Below, one piece after another: positions 17,771 through 28,515 of a stretch of DNA of 57,917 nucleotides. Made by a program: the position numbers and the translations under genes. Under the pieces are notes generated by a model, which worked only from the letters and a program-made list of their open reading frames with translations, was not told the origin of the DNA and ran no database searches. Every line of letters starts with the position of its first letter. Position 1 is the first letter of the stretch. Location: NCBI GenBank assembly GCA_964466185.1, contig CAYXMS010000004.1:15186-73102 (forward strand). The letters run 5' to 3'. The DNA comes from an uncultured bacterium. GTDB taxonomy: Bacteria; Chlamydiota; Chlamydiia; Chlamydiales; SM23-39.

Positions 17771-18988
17771 TTAAGATGCCCTTTCTCGGCTTTTGGTAAT
17801 TTTAGGAGGTGAGTTTTTAGTAATTGTCTCTTTTTCAATCAAAACTTCTTTAATTGTCGGATCAGAAGGCACTTCAAACATCAGATCGCGTAGAAGATTT
17901 TCTGCAATCATACGTAAAGCCCGAGCGCCAGTTCCGGTGTTTTTGGCTTTGGCAGCAATAGCTTCAAGTGCTGCCGGAGTAAAGCTAAGATCAACGCCGT
18001 CTTCTTTGAAAAGAGCTGTATACTGCTTGATAATGGCGTCTTTAGGCTCGGTTAAAATATGGATCAGATCGTCTTTGCTTAGCTCATTGCAGTTGGCTAT
18101 AGAGTTGAAACGGCCAATAAATTCGGGAATTAAACCAAATTCTACCAAGTCTTCCGGTTCAACTTGAGATAAAAGATAATTGTGCTCTTGCTCCGGATCG
18201 TATTTTTTGCGGTCGGAAGTAAAGCCAATAGTGCTTTTACCAAGACGCTTGGCAATAAGTTTGTCTAAATGTACAAAAGCCCCCCCAACAATGAAAAGAA
18301 TGTTTTCTGTATTAACTTTTAAATATTCCTGCTGAGGATGCTTTCTCCCTCCTTTGGGAGGTATATTAGCAACAGTACCCTCGACAATTTTTAAAAGAGC
18401 TTGCTGTACGCCTTCTCCCGATACATCGCGGGTAATGGAAACATTGGAAGTGGTTTTTCTGATTTTGTCAATTTCATCAACGTAAATAATGCCCAGCTCC
18501 GCTCGCGAAATATCATAATCAGCAGATTGGACTAAACGTAAAATAATGTTCTCTACATCTTCACCAACATAGCCGGCTTCAGTTAAAGTAGTAGAATCGG
18601 AAATGGCAAAAGGAACGTCCAAAATATTAGCCAGAGTACGGGCTATTAAAGTTTTACCAGAACCAGTAGGACCAATTAAAAGGACGTTGGATTTAGAATA
18701 TTCTATACTGTCTTTTTCTTTGGAAAGAGACAAAACCCTTTTATAGTGATTGTAAACAGCAACAGAAATGGCTTTTTTAGACTCTTCCTGGCCAATTACA
18801 TATTCGCCCAAGCGCTTGGCAATTTCTTTGGGCTTTAACATTTTAATCTCTAAAGGCGCTTTTTTCTTTTCTACAATGTCTGAACAAATTTGTATGCAGC
18901 GGTCGCAAATATAAGCATCAGAGCCGGCAATTAGTTTTTCTACCAGATCTTCCGATCTTCCGCAAAAAGAACATTTGGCAGGTTTCAT
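17771..18988 (-). CDS. clpX: ATP-dependent Clp protease ATP-binding subunit ClpX
   Basis: N-terminal zinc finger CSFCGR...CDRC, Walker A GPTGSGKT, Walker [10 protein letters not shown]. 405 aa. Confidence 0.97.
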   Translation of the reverse strand: MKPAKCSFCGRSEDLVEKLIAGSDAYICDRCIQICSDIVEKKKAPLEIKMLKPKEIAKRLGEYVIGQEESKKAISVAVYNHYKRVLSLSKEKDSIEYSKSNVLLIGPTGSGKTLIARTLANILDVPFAISDSTTLTEAGYVGEDVENIILRLVQSADYDISRAELGIIYVDEIDKIRKTTSNVSITRDVSGEGVQQALLKIVEGTVANIPPKGGRKHPQQEYLKVNTENILFIVGGAFVHLDKLIAKRLGKSTIGFTSDRKKYDPEQEHNYLLSQVEPEDLVEFGLIPEFIGRFNSIANCNELSKDDLIHILTEPKDAIIKQYTALFKEDGVDLSFTPAALEAIAAKAKNTGTGARALRMIAENLLRDLMFEVPSDPTIKEVLIEKETITKNSPPKITKSRERAS

Positions 18989-19022
18989 AATTTTTTGTGT
19001 GGTAAGGTTTGTTTTTGTTTTA

Positions 19023-19123
19023 TTTTATTAACTTCTGCATAAAGTTTCCTTTGTGCACCCTAATCAATCAGTTTTCCCAGTGCCTCACGGCTTAAGCCTC
19101 TCCCTTTAGGGAGGAGTGATTGA
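19023..19123. repeat. Dispersed repeat family A, copy A1 (about 101 bp)
   Basis: About 80% identical by hand alignment to 32943-33043. Shared blocks are ACTTCTGCATAAAGTTTCC ... GTGCCTCAC ... AAGCCTCTCCCTTTAG ... GTGATTGA. It fills the clpP-clpX spacer and overlaps the last codons of clpP. Confidence 0.75.
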
Positions 19124-19723
19124 CTCGGCACCCTTTGGCTTGTCGTTAGGATAGGCAATTTTATCAATCAGCCCATAATCCAAGGCAGCCTGGGAGTTCA
19201 TATAAAAATCACGGTCGGAATCCTTGAGAATTTTTTCCTCTTTTTGCCCAGTTAAATCAGACATGATTTTAGTCGTGATTTTTTTCAGCTCTAAAATTTC
19301 TTTTGCCTGCAAAGCAATGTCTTCCGATGTGCCGCCAATGCCGCCAATCGGCTGGTGTAGCATAATTCTAGAATGGGGTAGAGCAAATCTTTTGCCCTTG
19401 GTGCCAGCTGCCAATAAAAGAGCCGCCATCGACGCTGCGTGGCCAATACAGTAAGTGTTGATGTCACAGCCTAAATATTTCATCGTATCATAAATCGCCA
19501 AACCCGCTGTAATCTGCCCACCAGGAGAATTAAGATATAAGTTAATGTCTTTTTTAGGGTCTTCCATTTTTAAAAATAAAAGCTGGGCTATAATTGTATT
19601 GGCCATCTGATCATAAATTTCCGTGCCAATAAAAACAATCCGATCTTTTAAAAGACGGGAATAAATATCCATTGACCTTTCACCACGGCCAGTATCTTCT
19701 ATTACAAACGGAGTCAAAGACAT
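19106..19723 (-). CDS. clpP: ATP-dependent Clp protease proteolytic subunit ClpP
   Basis: 205 aa with [18 protein letters not shown], the active-site region [14 protein letters not shown], and HSRIMLHQP. Confidence 0.96.
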   Translation of the reverse strand: MSLTPFVIEDTGRGERSMDIYSRLLKDRIVFIGTEIYDQMANTIIAQLLFLKMEDPKKDINLYLNSPGGQITAGLAIYDTMKYLGCDINTYCIGHAASMAALLLAAGTKGKRFALPHSRIMLHQPIGGIGGTSEDIALQAKEILELKKITTKIMSDLTGQKEEKILKDSDRDFYMNSQAALDYGLIDKIAYPNDKPKGAESITPP

Positions 19724-19775
19724 GTCAAGCTTCCTTTTATGTTTTTTATATTTTTTTTTAACATAACAAAAAAAA

Positions 19776-21035
19776 TTATCTTTGTCGATGCTTTAAGAGA
19801 AAATTTTCAGCTTTGCTTAAAATCAGACGTGACATGGCTAAAGCATACATCTGCTCGGTAATTTTTTGACCCTTAGCCTCTTGGGTTAAAAGCTGTTCAA
19901 TTTCTTCTTTGCTGATTTCTAATTTGTTGTCATGCACTATTTTGCGGGAAAGATAAAAAAGAGCAATCGCTTTTTCCGCATGCCTTTTTAAGTCAGTTTC
20001 AATCTTGGCTTTCTCTTCAGATTTCATTCGGTCATAGCTAGCTTTAAATTTTTGATTGGAAAATAATTGGCTTTTACGATGGGCCAGCTCAGAGGTTACT
20101 AAAGAAAGCGGTAGCTCAAATGGATATTCTATAAATAAATGCTCAGATAAACTCTCGCTTTGCTTTTTACCGTGGTCTTCATCCAGGTTCTGCTGCAGAA
20201 TTTCCTTGATCTTTTCTTTCATCTTAGTAACATTTTCAGAACCCATTTTTTGGGCTAGATTGTCGTCAATCTCAGGAAGAGTCGCTTCTTCAATTTTTTT
20301 GACGGTAATTTTGACTTTTTTAGACTCGAATTTTTCCTTTTCTGCTTCTTTTAAATCCGGATCAGGATAGGAAAGCCCCTCAATAGCTTGGCCCTTTTTA
20401 GCACCTAAAAGTAAATCTATCATCCAGTCGGCAATCGCTTTTTTCTTAACCTCAAAACGGGTGTCAGAAAAAACTCGAGTCGGTTTTTCTGTGTCTAAAG
20501 AATCTAAATCCACAATCACATAGTCGCCTTCTTTGATCGGTCGGTCAACTTCTTTAAAATTAGCAAAATAAAATCTGGTCTGGCGTATAGCTTCTTCGAG
20601 CTCTTCTTCCGAAACCGTACGCTTGGGAATTTCTTTGATTTTAAGATTTTTCGGATCAATCGAAGGTACGTCAGGCTCAACTTCATATTTGAAGACCAGA
20701 TCAGCTTCTTTTTCAGTTATTTTTTTTAGATCAAAGTTGATGGATGCAGAAGAAATAGGAAAAAGAGCTGTCTTTTTTTGAACTTGAGCAAAAGCCAGAT
20801 TCGCCAGTTCCTGCCGCTTTTCTTTTTCAACTTCGCTTCGGTGGTTTTTTAAAATCAGCTCTTTCGGAGCCTTGCCCTTGCGAAAACCAGGTAAAGAAAC
20901 TTTTTTGGAAACGGTTTTAATGGCATTGTTTTCAGCTTTTTTTATCAGATTCTCATCTGCTTTGGCTATAATTTCTACTTGGCAAGAAGGCTGCTTTTTA
21001 ACTTCAACTTGAATTTGCTCTTTTTCTTCTACCAT
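19776..21035 (-). CDS. tig: Trigger factor
   Basis: 419 aa. N-terminal ribosome-binding motif region [10 protein letters not shown], and position upstream of clpP-clpX. Confidence 0.9.
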   Translation of the reverse strand: MVEEKEQIQVEVKKQPSCQVEIIAKADENLIKKAENNAIKTVSKKVSLPGFRKGKAPKELILKNHRSEVEKEKRQELANLAFAQVQKKTALFPISSASINFDLKKITEKEADLVFKYEVEPDVPSIDPKNLKIKEIPKRTVSEEELEEAIRQTRFYFANFKEVDRPIKEGDYVIVDLDSLDTEKPTRVFSDTRFEVKKKAIADWMIDLLLGAKKGQAIEGLSYPDPDLKEAEKEKFESKKVKITVKKIEEATLPEIDDNLAQKMGSENVTKMKEKIKEILQQNLDEDHGKKQSESLSEHLFIEYPFELPLSLVTSELAHRKSQLFSNQKFKASYDRMKSEEKAKIETDLKRHAEKAIALFYLSRKIVHDNKLEISKEEIEQLLTQEAKGQKITEQMYALAMSRLILSKAENFLLKHRQR

Positions 21036-21181
21036 AAAAACGTCCTTAAATTTTTTTTAATAGTTTTAAAAATAATATGGTCTTTAAAAAATCAGGTTTT
21101 GCTAAAACAAGGTTTTGCTAAAACAATTTTTTAAATAATGAAATAAGTATAACTAGGATTTTTTTAAAAAGAAATAAAAAA

Positions 21182-21253
21182 AGCGGGTGATGAGATTCGA
21201 ACTCACGACATTCACGTTGGCAACGTGACGCTCTACCACTGAGCTACACCCGC
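21182..21253 (-). tRNA. tRNA-Gly (GCC)
   Basis: The reverse complement reads GCGGGTGTAGCTCAGTGGTAGAGC...TCACG-TTGCCAA-CGTGA...GTTCGAATC...CACCCGC-T. The cloverleaf was folded by hand, giving an anticodon loop with GCC. No CCA is encoded. Confidence 0.9.
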
Positions 21254-21584
21254 AATATGTTAATTCATGCATTTCTTAAAAACGAAGTTTTCAGTTTAAA
21301 TATTTTTACTTTTTCAAGAAAGCAATATTTTAATATGTAATGGCTAATTTTGATTTTTTTTCAGCATTAATCAAATGTTGGCATGCCGCTGCTGGCTAAA
21401 GTCAATAATTTTATGCTTTCATTGCTTTTAATTTTATTTTTCAAAACTTGTTTTAAATAAAAAATCCAGATAAAAAATTTTTTTAAGCTGGTAAAAAGTA
21501 AATAATAAATTTTTTTTTATTGAACTACTTTTAAAAAAAGAGTAAAAAATTAAAAGGATGTAAGTCTAAGTAGCAGGATCTGAT

Positions 21585-24500
21585 ATGTTGAATTTTCGTA
21601 AGTTAAAGCAGGATTTTTCTTCTAATATTTTAAAAGAAGGAAGAGAACTGCATAGTAAACAAAAAGTGGTTTCCGCTAAAATTGTTAAATTGGACAACGA
21701 TGTTGTCAGATTAAGCGCTAAAATTTTAGGTCAGTTCGAAAATACCTATGAAAGCGAAATCGAAATCGATAGATTCGAATCGGAAACTATCCATTCCAAT
21801 TGCGATTGCACTTACCGCTATGATTGCCAGCATCTGGCAGCTTTGCTCTTTTATTTAGAAGAACATCTGAATTCTTTAGTTGTTAATTACTCCAAAGAAA
21901 AAAAAGATCAAATCGGTCATGAACTTTTAGAAACAATTCAAACAGCTAAAATTAAACAGGAAAATAAAAAAGATGCCATCTACCAAAAACAGCTTTTAGA
22001 AGAATATATCGAAGCCGCCGGATTGCTTTCTGCTTCTGCTTTTTTTCTGCCCACTGAAAAAAAAGAAATCACTAAAGCAGAAATCGCAGTTATCTTTAAT
22101 CCCGCATCTTTAAAACCAAATGTTAAAAATAAATACGTCGAATTTTCTTTGGCCCTGCGCTTGCCTTTTCGCTCTAAAGCCTTGCAAATACCTTATATAA
22201 AAACTTTCTTTTATGCTCTGCAAAATAAAGAGCCGCTTTTTTTCTCTTCTAAAAAATACTTTTTTACCCTGGAATCTTTTGATCCCATCGGTCAGAAATT
22301 GCTTTCTATTTTAATGCACTACGCCCTTTTGTCAGGAGGAGAACAAAATCATGAAAGAGCTGCCAAAATCGGCTCTTTGGAAACAGAAGTTTTCGGTACT
22401 CTTTTGGCCGAAGCTTTTGAGCAAACTAAAAAACAAAGAGGCTTTTCCAGCTATTCCGAGGACCTGCCACCTATGCCTTATCTTTTTATCGGCGGTTTGG
22501 AAAATCCCTTGCAGTGCTCTTTCGCATCGGCCAGGCTTAAATTCGATCTGGAATATATTAAGCCACCTTCCAATAAATTGCTGATCAATCCCTTAATTGT
22601 CGTCGATCAAAATCAGCTGGCTTTGACCGAAACTAAAATTTTTGAATGTAACCTTCCCGGACTGATTTATAAAGATATATATTATCGCTTGCCTCCCAAT
22701 ATTACCCGCAATCATGTGAAAAATTTAGAAGCCGTGCGCGATATTACCATTCCTGAACCGCTTTTCGGCACTTTTGTTGAATGCTCGCTGTTAGAACTAA
22801 AACATTATGCCGATGTCGGCGGTGAAAAAGTTTTAAATCAGTTCGTAACTCAGCCCTACGTCGGAGATATTAAAGGCAAATGCAGACTTTCTTATATCGA
22901 TGGGGAATTAGAAGCCAACCTGTCTTTTATTTATGAAAATAATGAAGTTAATGCCGTCTTAAATCAGCTCAATTTTGAAAAAGTAGCTTCTTTTGTAACT
23001 AAAGATGGCATAATTGCCAGAAATTTGGTTGAAGAACGTAAAATAATAGAGAACCTCTTTCAGGATTTTGTCTACAATCCGCAAAATGGCAGCTTTTCTA
23101 ACAAAAGTGAAAAGAAAATTGTAGAGTTCATGACCGAAATTGTACCCAAATTCCAGGATAAAATCGAATTTGAATGCCCCCAAAATCTGCTAGATAGATT
23201 TGTTTACGATAAAACTGAATTTACCTTGAAATTGGACTATAAAGATAAAGTCGGCTATTACTACTTAGATTTAAAAGCAGACGGCGATCTAAAAGGCCTG
23301 ACACTGGATCTTTTATGGGAATGCATGGCCTCGTCCCGATCTTATATAGAATTAAGCAAAAAGAAAAATTCCGCCTCTTCTAAAATACTGGTGCTGGATC
23401 TGGAAAAATTGTCTAAAATTATTCGCATTTTCGATGAGATCGGTATCAAGAAAATGGATAATTATAAAGAAAATAGGCCACTTTGGAGTTTGGTTAATAT
23501 CGAAGAGCAAATGTTCAAAGATTTGCCAATTAAATTTTCTATCTCTAAAAAATTAAAGGCCATTAGAGCCCAAATGCTGGGAGAGACTAAGGTCAGCTTT
23601 TCGCCTATCCCAAAAGGCCTTAAAGCTAAACTGCGCCCTTACCAAAAAGAAGGTATCCAGTGGCTGGAAAAACTTAGGAATATGTATTTGAATGGTATTT
23701 TGGCAGACGATATGGGCTTGGGTAAAACCCTGCAGGCCATAGCCGCTATTTTTCAACATAGCCAAAAATATAAAAAATCAATCTCTTTGATTGTCTGCCC
23801 AACCTCTTTGCTATATAACTGGAAAGAAGAATTTTCTAAGTTCTGCCCCGATTTAAAAACAATTGTCATCGAAGGTATTCCCACTCAGCGCAGAAAAATC
23901 CTGCAAACTCTCAAAGATTATGATGTTGTTATCACCTCTTACACACTAATGCAAAAAGATGTCGAGTTTTATCAAAAATATAACTTCGCTTACGCAATCT
24001 TGGACGAGGCCCAGCATATTAAAAATCGCTTCACCCGTAATGCCCGCTCCGTTAAGTTAATCTCAGCGGCTCACCGTTTGATTTTAACCGGTACGCCAAT
24101 TGAAAATACTTTAAATGAACTCTGGAGCTTGTTTGATTTTTTAATGCCCGGGTTTTTGTCCAGCTATGACCGCTTTTTGGAAAATTATATCAGAGTCACC
24201 GGTGAAAAATATACTCAAAATATGCAGTATTTAAAAAGAAAGGTCTCTCCCTTTATTTTACGCAGAATGAAAGAAGATGTGCTTCAAGATCTGCCAGCCG
24301 CTCAGGAAATTACTTATCACTGCAAACTCTCCGGCGTACAAAAAGAACTTTATCAGTCTTATGCCGAATCCGCTAAAGCAGAACTCTCTAAACTGGTTGA
24401 GAAAAATGGCTTCGATAAAGTCCAGATCCATGTGCTGGCTACCCTCACCAGATTAAAGCAAATTTGCTGCCATCCTGCTATCTTCGCTAAAGAAAAAGCC

Positions 24501-25022
24501 GAAGACGGCGATTCAGCTAAATACGAAATGCTCTTAGAACTTCTGCAGACTCTGGTAGAAGGCGGACATAAAACAGTCATCTTTTCACAATATACCCAAA
24601 TGCTGAAAATTATGCGCCAGGACTTCGAAGAAAGAGGCATCCGCTTTTCCTACCTTGACGGCTCTTCCAAAGATCGCTTGCATATCGTTAAAGAGTTTAA
24701 TAAAAATCCGGAAATTAAAGTTTTCTTGGTTTCTTTAAAGGCAGGAGGTACAGGACTGAATATCGTCGGAGCAGATACCGTAGTCCATTACGATATGTGG
24801 TGGAATCCGGCTGTGGAAAATCAGGCTACCGACCGGGTTCACCGCATCGGACAGACAAAGTCTGTTTCTTGCTATAAATTAGTTACCTTAAATAGTATTG
24901 AAGAAAAAATTCTGCAGATGCAGCAAAGAAAAAAAGGTTTGGTAAAAAAAGTAGTAAGCTGTGATGATGAAGCTATCTCCAAGTTAACCTGGGAAGAAGT
25001 TTTGGAATTGCTGCAAACTTAA
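21585..25022 (+). CDS. SNF2-family helicase with N-terminal SWIM zinc finger
   Basis: 1,145 aa. SWIM CxCx(n)CxH motif (CDCTYRYDCQHLAALLFYL), helicase motifs DDMGLGKT and DEAQHIKN, and C-terminal QATDRVHRIGQ. Confidence 0.93.
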   Translation: MLNFRKLKQDFSSNILKEGRELHSKQKVVSAKIVKLDNDVVRLSAKILGQFENTYESEIEIDRFESETIHSNCDCTYRYDCQHLAALLFYLEEHLNSLVVNYSKEKKDQIGHELLETIQTAKIKQENKKDAIYQKQLLEEYIEAAGLLSASAFFLPTEKKEITKAEIAVIFNPASLKPNVKNKYVEFSLALRLPFRSKALQIPYIKTFFYALQNKEPLFFSSKKYFFTLESFDPIGQKLLSILMHYALLSGGEQNHERAAKIGSLETEVFGTLLAEAFEQTKKQRGFSSYSEDLPPMPYLFIGGLENPLQCSFASARLKFDLEYIKPPSNKLLINPLIVVDQNQLALTETKIFECNLPGLIYKDIYYRLPPNITRNHVKNLEAVRDITIPEPLFGTFVECSLLELKHYADVGGEKVLNQFVTQPYVGDIKGKCRLSYIDGELEANLSFIYENNEVNAVLNQLNFEKVASFVTKDGIIARNLVEERKIIENLFQDFVYNPQNGSFSNKSEKKIVEFMTEIVPKFQDKIEFECPQNLLDRFVYDKTEFTLKLDYKDKVGYYYLDLKADGDLKGLTLDLLWECMASSRSYIELSKKKNSASSKILVLDLEKLSKIIRIFDEIGIKKMDNYKENRPLWSLVNIEEQMFKDLPIKFSISKKLKAIRAQMLGETKVSFSPIPKGLKAKLRPYQKEGIQWLEKLRNMYLNGILADDMGLGKTLQAIAAIFQHSQKYKKSISLIVCPTSLLYNWKEEFSKFCPDLKTIVIEGIPTQRRKILQTLKDYDVVITSYTLMQKDVEFYQKYNFAYAILDEAQHIKNRFTRNARSVKLISAAHRLILTGTPIENTLNELWSLFDFLMPGFLSSYDRFLENYIRVTGEKYTQNMQYLKRKVSPFILRRMKEDVLQDLPAAQEITYHCKLSGVQKELYQSYAESAKAELSKLVEKNGFDKVQIHVLATLTRLKQICCHPAIFAKEKAEDGDSAKYEMLLELLQTLVEGGHKTVIFSQYTQMLKIMRQDFEERGIRFSYLDGSSKDRLHIVKEFNKNPEIKVFLVSLKAGGTGLNIVGADTVVHYDMWWNPAVENQATDRVHRIGQTKSVSCYKLVTLNSIEEKILQMQQRKKGLVKKVVSCDDEAISKLTWEEVLELLQT

Positions 25023-25149
25023 AGCCGCTAAAGTTTGTCTTTTTTTTTAATAGACAGTAATTTGTAAAAAATAAAAAATAAACTAAGATAACTCAAAAGA
25101 AAAAATGCCAGGTTAAATATAGCAGGCTTTCCCAACAAGGTTGTTTTCT

Positions 25150-26244
25150 ATGATGAAAATAAAAAAAACTTTTAGCTTAAAAGATCTTTTAGAAACAGCA
25201 AAAAAATTGGCCAAAGATAATTTTTCCATGCTCTCCGGCTTGTTTTCCTCAGATATCGGTATCGACTTGGGCACCGCTAATACTCTTGTCTTTGTTAAAA
25301 ATAAAGGTATTGTTCTCGCAGAACCGTCAGTAGTTGCTGTTGATTCTTTAAGTAATGAGGTTTTGGCCGTCGGACATACTGCTAAGTCCATGCTAGGTAA
25401 AACCCCCCGTAAAATTCATGCCGTCCGCCCCATGAAAGATGGCGTCATTGCCGATTTTGAAATAGCAGAGGGCATGCTGAAAGAAATTATTAAAAAAGTT
25501 ACTCCCTCCCGCAGCCTTTTCCGCCCGAAAATTTTAATCGCTGTGCCATCCGGTATCACCGATGTCGAAAAAAGAGCTGTCGAAGATTCCGCTTTGCATG
25601 CAGGCGGCCAAGAAGTAATTCTAATTGAAGAACCCATGGCTGCAGCTATCGGCGTAGATATGCCTGTCCATGAGCCCGCCGCTAATATGATTATCGATAT
25701 CGGCGGCGGTACTACCGAAATTGCCATTATCTCACTCGGCGGTGTAGTAGAAACCAGGTCTTTAAGAGTCGCCGGTGATGAGTTCGATGACTGCATCATT
25801 AATTATATGCGCCGTACTTATAACCTGATGATCGGTCCAAAAACAGCAGAAGAGATTAAAATTAATATCGGTTCAGCTTATCCGTTAGGAAATAATGAGC
25901 TGGAAATGGAAGTGCGCGGAAGAGATCAGGTAGCCGGCCTTCCCATCACTAAAAGAATTAATTCCGTAGAAATTAGGGAATGCTTGGCAGAACCGATCCA
26001 GCAGATCGTAGAAAATGTGAAACTGACCTTGGAAAAATGCCCGCCAGAGCTAGCCGCAGACCTGGTAGAAAGAGGCATGGTCCTGGCAGGAGGAGGCGCT
26101 CTACTAAAAGGTATAGATAAAGCCCTGATTAAAGAAACCGGCTTGCCTGTGTTTGTCGCTCCTAATCCGCTTTTGGCCGTTTGTTTGGGAACAGGTAAAG
26201 CGCTTTATTATCTGGACAGGTTCAAAAAAAAGAAAAAAGGTTGA
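25150..26244 (+). CDS. mreB: Rod-shape protein MreB with N-terminal extension
   Basis: [23 protein letters not shown] and [11 protein letters not shown] actin-fold motifs. The ORF track starts at TTG 25141, but ATG 25150 has AAGG 10 nt upstream. The N-terminal extension is about 30 aa before the first actin-fold motif. Confidence 0.93.
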   Translation: MMKIKKTFSLKDLLETAKKLAKDNFSMLSGLFSSDIGIDLGTANTLVFVKNKGIVLAEPSVVAVDSLSNEVLAVGHTAKSMLGKTPRKIHAVRPMKDGVIADFEIAEGMLKEIIKKVTPSRSLFRPKILIAVPSGITDVEKRAVEDSALHAGGQEVILIEEPMAAAIGVDMPVHEPAANMIIDIGGGTTEIAIISLGGVVETRSLRVAGDEFDDCIINYMRRTYNLMIGPKTAEEIKINIGSAYPLGNNELEMEVRGRDQVAGLPITKRINSVEIRECLAEPIQQIVENVKLTLEKCPPELAADLVERGMVLAGGGALLKGIDKALIKETGLPVFVAPNPLLAVCLGTGKALYYLDRFKKKKKG

Positions 26245-26298
26245 ATAAGTTTTAAGATTTAAATTTTGTTTAATAAAAATAAAAAATAAGGGTTCAAA

Positions 26299-26781
26299 AT
26301 GCGGCTTTTAATTCAAAGAGTCAAAACAGCCAAAGTCCTAGTAGATAAAAAAGTAGTCGGCTCGATTAATAAAGGCTTGTTGATTTTTCTGGCAGCACTA
26401 GATACCGATACCCGAGAAGATCTGCTTTATCTGACCCGTAAAGTCGCTAATCTGCGTATTTTTCCAGATGATCAGGATAAGATGAACCGCTCTTTAAAAG
26501 ATGTTAAAGGCGGAGTCCTAGTCGTGCCTCAGTTTACCCTATATGCCAATTGCTCTGCCGGCAATCGCCCTTCTTTTGTCAAGGCAGGTCAGCCCGATAC
26601 CGCTAAAAAATTCTATGATGATTTCGTCTTCGAACTAAAAAAAGAACTGCCCCGTATCGAAGGGGGAGTCTTCGGCGTTAAAATGGAAGTGCATTTAGTT
26701 AATGACGGACCCGTAACTTTTATCGTAGATTCTAAAAAAACTGCTAAAACCAGTGCGTCAAGCCAATTGGCAAAAATTTAA
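26299..26781 (+). CDS. dtd: D-aminoacyl-tRNA deacylase
   Basis: 160 aa, MRLLIQRV...SQFTLYA-like region (VPQFTLYAN) and NDGPVTF motif. Confidence 0.9.
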   Translation: MRLLIQRVKTAKVLVDKKVVGSINKGLLIFLAALDTDTREDLLYLTRKVANLRIFPDDQDKMNRSLKDVKGGVLVVPQFTLYANCSAGNRPSFVKAGQPDTAKKFYDDFVFELKKELPRIEGGVFGVKMEVHLVNDGPVTFIVDSKKTAKTSASSQLAKI

Positions 26782-26897
26782 AGTTAATTCAAATTTGCAT
26801 TTAAAACTTTTTCTATCAAACAGTTTAAATAAACTATTAACTTTTTTCCCATGATTGAAGTCAGGAGATTTTTTATATATTTTTCAAAGGCTGGAAA

Positions 26898-27317
26898 TTA
26901 CTTGGAAAAAATCTCGTCTTCGGCAAAGAAAAAAGCAATTTCTCTTTTAGCAGTCTCCGGTGCATCCGATCCATGTACGCTGTTTTTATCTAAAGAAACG
27001 GCAAAGTCAGCTCTAATTGTGCCTTTTTCCGCTTTTTTAGGATCAGTAGCTCCCATGATTTTGCGGTTTTGTTCAATCGCATTTTCTCCTTCTAATACCT
27101 GTACTAAGATAGGCCCCGAGCTTATATAGTCGGTCAGCTCTTCATAAAAAGGTTTTCCCGCATGCACATCATAAAATTCTTTGGCTTTTTCTTTGCTTAA
27201 TTTAAGCATCTTAGCTCCAGTAATCTTAAGCCCCGCTTTTTCAAAACGGGATAAAATCAGACCAATTAAATCTCTCTCAACAGCATCCGGTTTGATAATG
27301 GAAAGTGTTCTTTGCAT
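26898..27317 (-). CDS. ndk: Nucleoside diphosphate kinase
   Basis: 139 aa with [19 protein letters not shown] and the NSVHGSD active-site histidine motif. Confidence 0.95.
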   Translation of the reverse strand: MQRTLSIIKPDAVERDLIGLILSRFEKAGLKITGAKMLKLSKEKAKEFYDVHAGKPFYEELTDYISSGPILVQVLEGENAIEQNRKIMGATDPKKAEKGTIRADFAVSLDKNSVHGSDAPETAKREIAFFFAEDEIFSK

Positions 27318-27385
27318 ATTTTTTTCTCCTTAAAACTTGAAAGTTGCTATTATAGGTAAAAACTTATTCTTTTTAAAGGAGAAAA

Positions 27386-28489
27386 ATGGATTTTCCCCAG
27401 CTCAGAAATATAAAAAAAGCTTTGATTATTAAACTCAGATCTCTCGGCGATGTGCTCTTGGCAACTCCAGTATTTTCAGTTTTAAAAAAACATCTGCCAG
27501 GTATTCAAATCGATGCATACGTATATAAAAACGCCGAGCCGCTTTTAAAGGGTAATCCTTATGTTTCTCAAATTTTTACTTTCGATCAAAATGATAAAAA
27601 GAAAAATTTGTTTTCCAGAGGAATTTCCGAGGCTTTGTTTTTAAAAAAATTAAAAAAACAAAAATATGATCTGGTTATGAACCTGACCGAAGGGGACAGG
27701 GGAGCTATTGCAGCAGCAGTTTCCAATGCCCCTATTAGAGTAGGACTGAATGAAGATAAAAAAAGAAAAGATGTTTATACCCATCTGACGAAAATTCCAG
27801 GCTCTCCTCGCCATAGCACAGAAAAGAATTTAGATTATTTGAGAAGAATCGGCATTTTTCCCAAAGAAGACGAAAAACAGCTTTTCCTGCCTGTCTTAGA
27901 AGAGGCAAAAAGAAAAATGCTCATAGAATTGGGAAGTAAAAATTTTCAAAAACAGGATTTTATCATTATCCATCCTGCTGCCAGATGGGATTTCAAAGCC
28001 TGGCCCGCTTTCCGCTTTCAAAGACTTGTACACTTGCTGGTCAAACAGGGATGTAAATTGGTATTTACCTGCTCTAGCAGCCTTTTGGAAATCAAGAAAA
28101 TCGATATGATCGTACAGGACCTAGATCCTAAATACTATTTGAATTTAGCAGGGAAAATCTCTTTGCCAGAACTCGGTGCTTTAATTGCACTTTCTAAATT
28201 GCTGATCACGGTAGATTCGCTTCCTTTGCATATGGCTTCTTGCTTAAAACAAAAAACAGTGGCCATTTTCGGCCCTACCCAGGAAAAACTGTGGGGCCCT
28301 TGGAAAAATCCTCAGGCCAGGATTTTATTCGAAGATTATTCCTGCAGACCTTGCTGCCAGGAAGGCTGCGGAGGTTCTAAAATGTGCGAATGCCTGTATA
28401 ACTTGGAAGAAAAAAAAGTTTTTCAGGCAGCAGTCAAGCTTTTGTCGGAAAATAATAGCTCAGCCCTTGTTTCGTCTTTTCAGCTATAG
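27386..28489 (+). CDS. Glycosyltransferase family 9 (LPS heptosyltransferase-like)
   Basis: 367 aa. N-terminal ALIIKLRSLGDVLLATPVF is typical of RfaC/RfaF-type enzymes, with a C-terminal Cys cluster CRPCCQEGCGGSKMCEC. Confidence 0.7.
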   Translation: MDFPQLRNIKKALIIKLRSLGDVLLATPVFSVLKKHLPGIQIDAYVYKNAEPLLKGNPYVSQIFTFDQNDKKKNLFSRGISEALFLKKLKKQKYDLVMNLTEGDRGAIAAAVSNAPIRVGLNEDKKRKDVYTHLTKIPGSPRHSTEKNLDYLRRIGIFPKEDEKQLFLPVLEEAKRKMLIELGSKNFQKQDFIIIHPAARWDFKAWPAFRFQRLVHLLVKQGCKLVFTCSSSLLEIKKIDMIVQDLDPKYYLNLAGKISLPELGALIALSKLLITVDSLPLHMASCLKQKTVAIFGPTQEKLWGPWKNPQARILFEDYSCRPCCQEGCGGSKMCECLYNLEEKKVFQAAVKLLSENNSSALVSSFQL

Positions 28490-28515
28490 CTTTAAGATGC
28501 TTTTCTTGATCGGTC

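Noticed and set aside
21257-21584. Large spacer between tRNA-Gly and the SNF2 helicase gene as a hidden gene or RNA
   Set aside because: It is almost pure A/T with no ORF of 60 aa or more and no stable extended stem that I could find. It is most simply a divergent promoter region.
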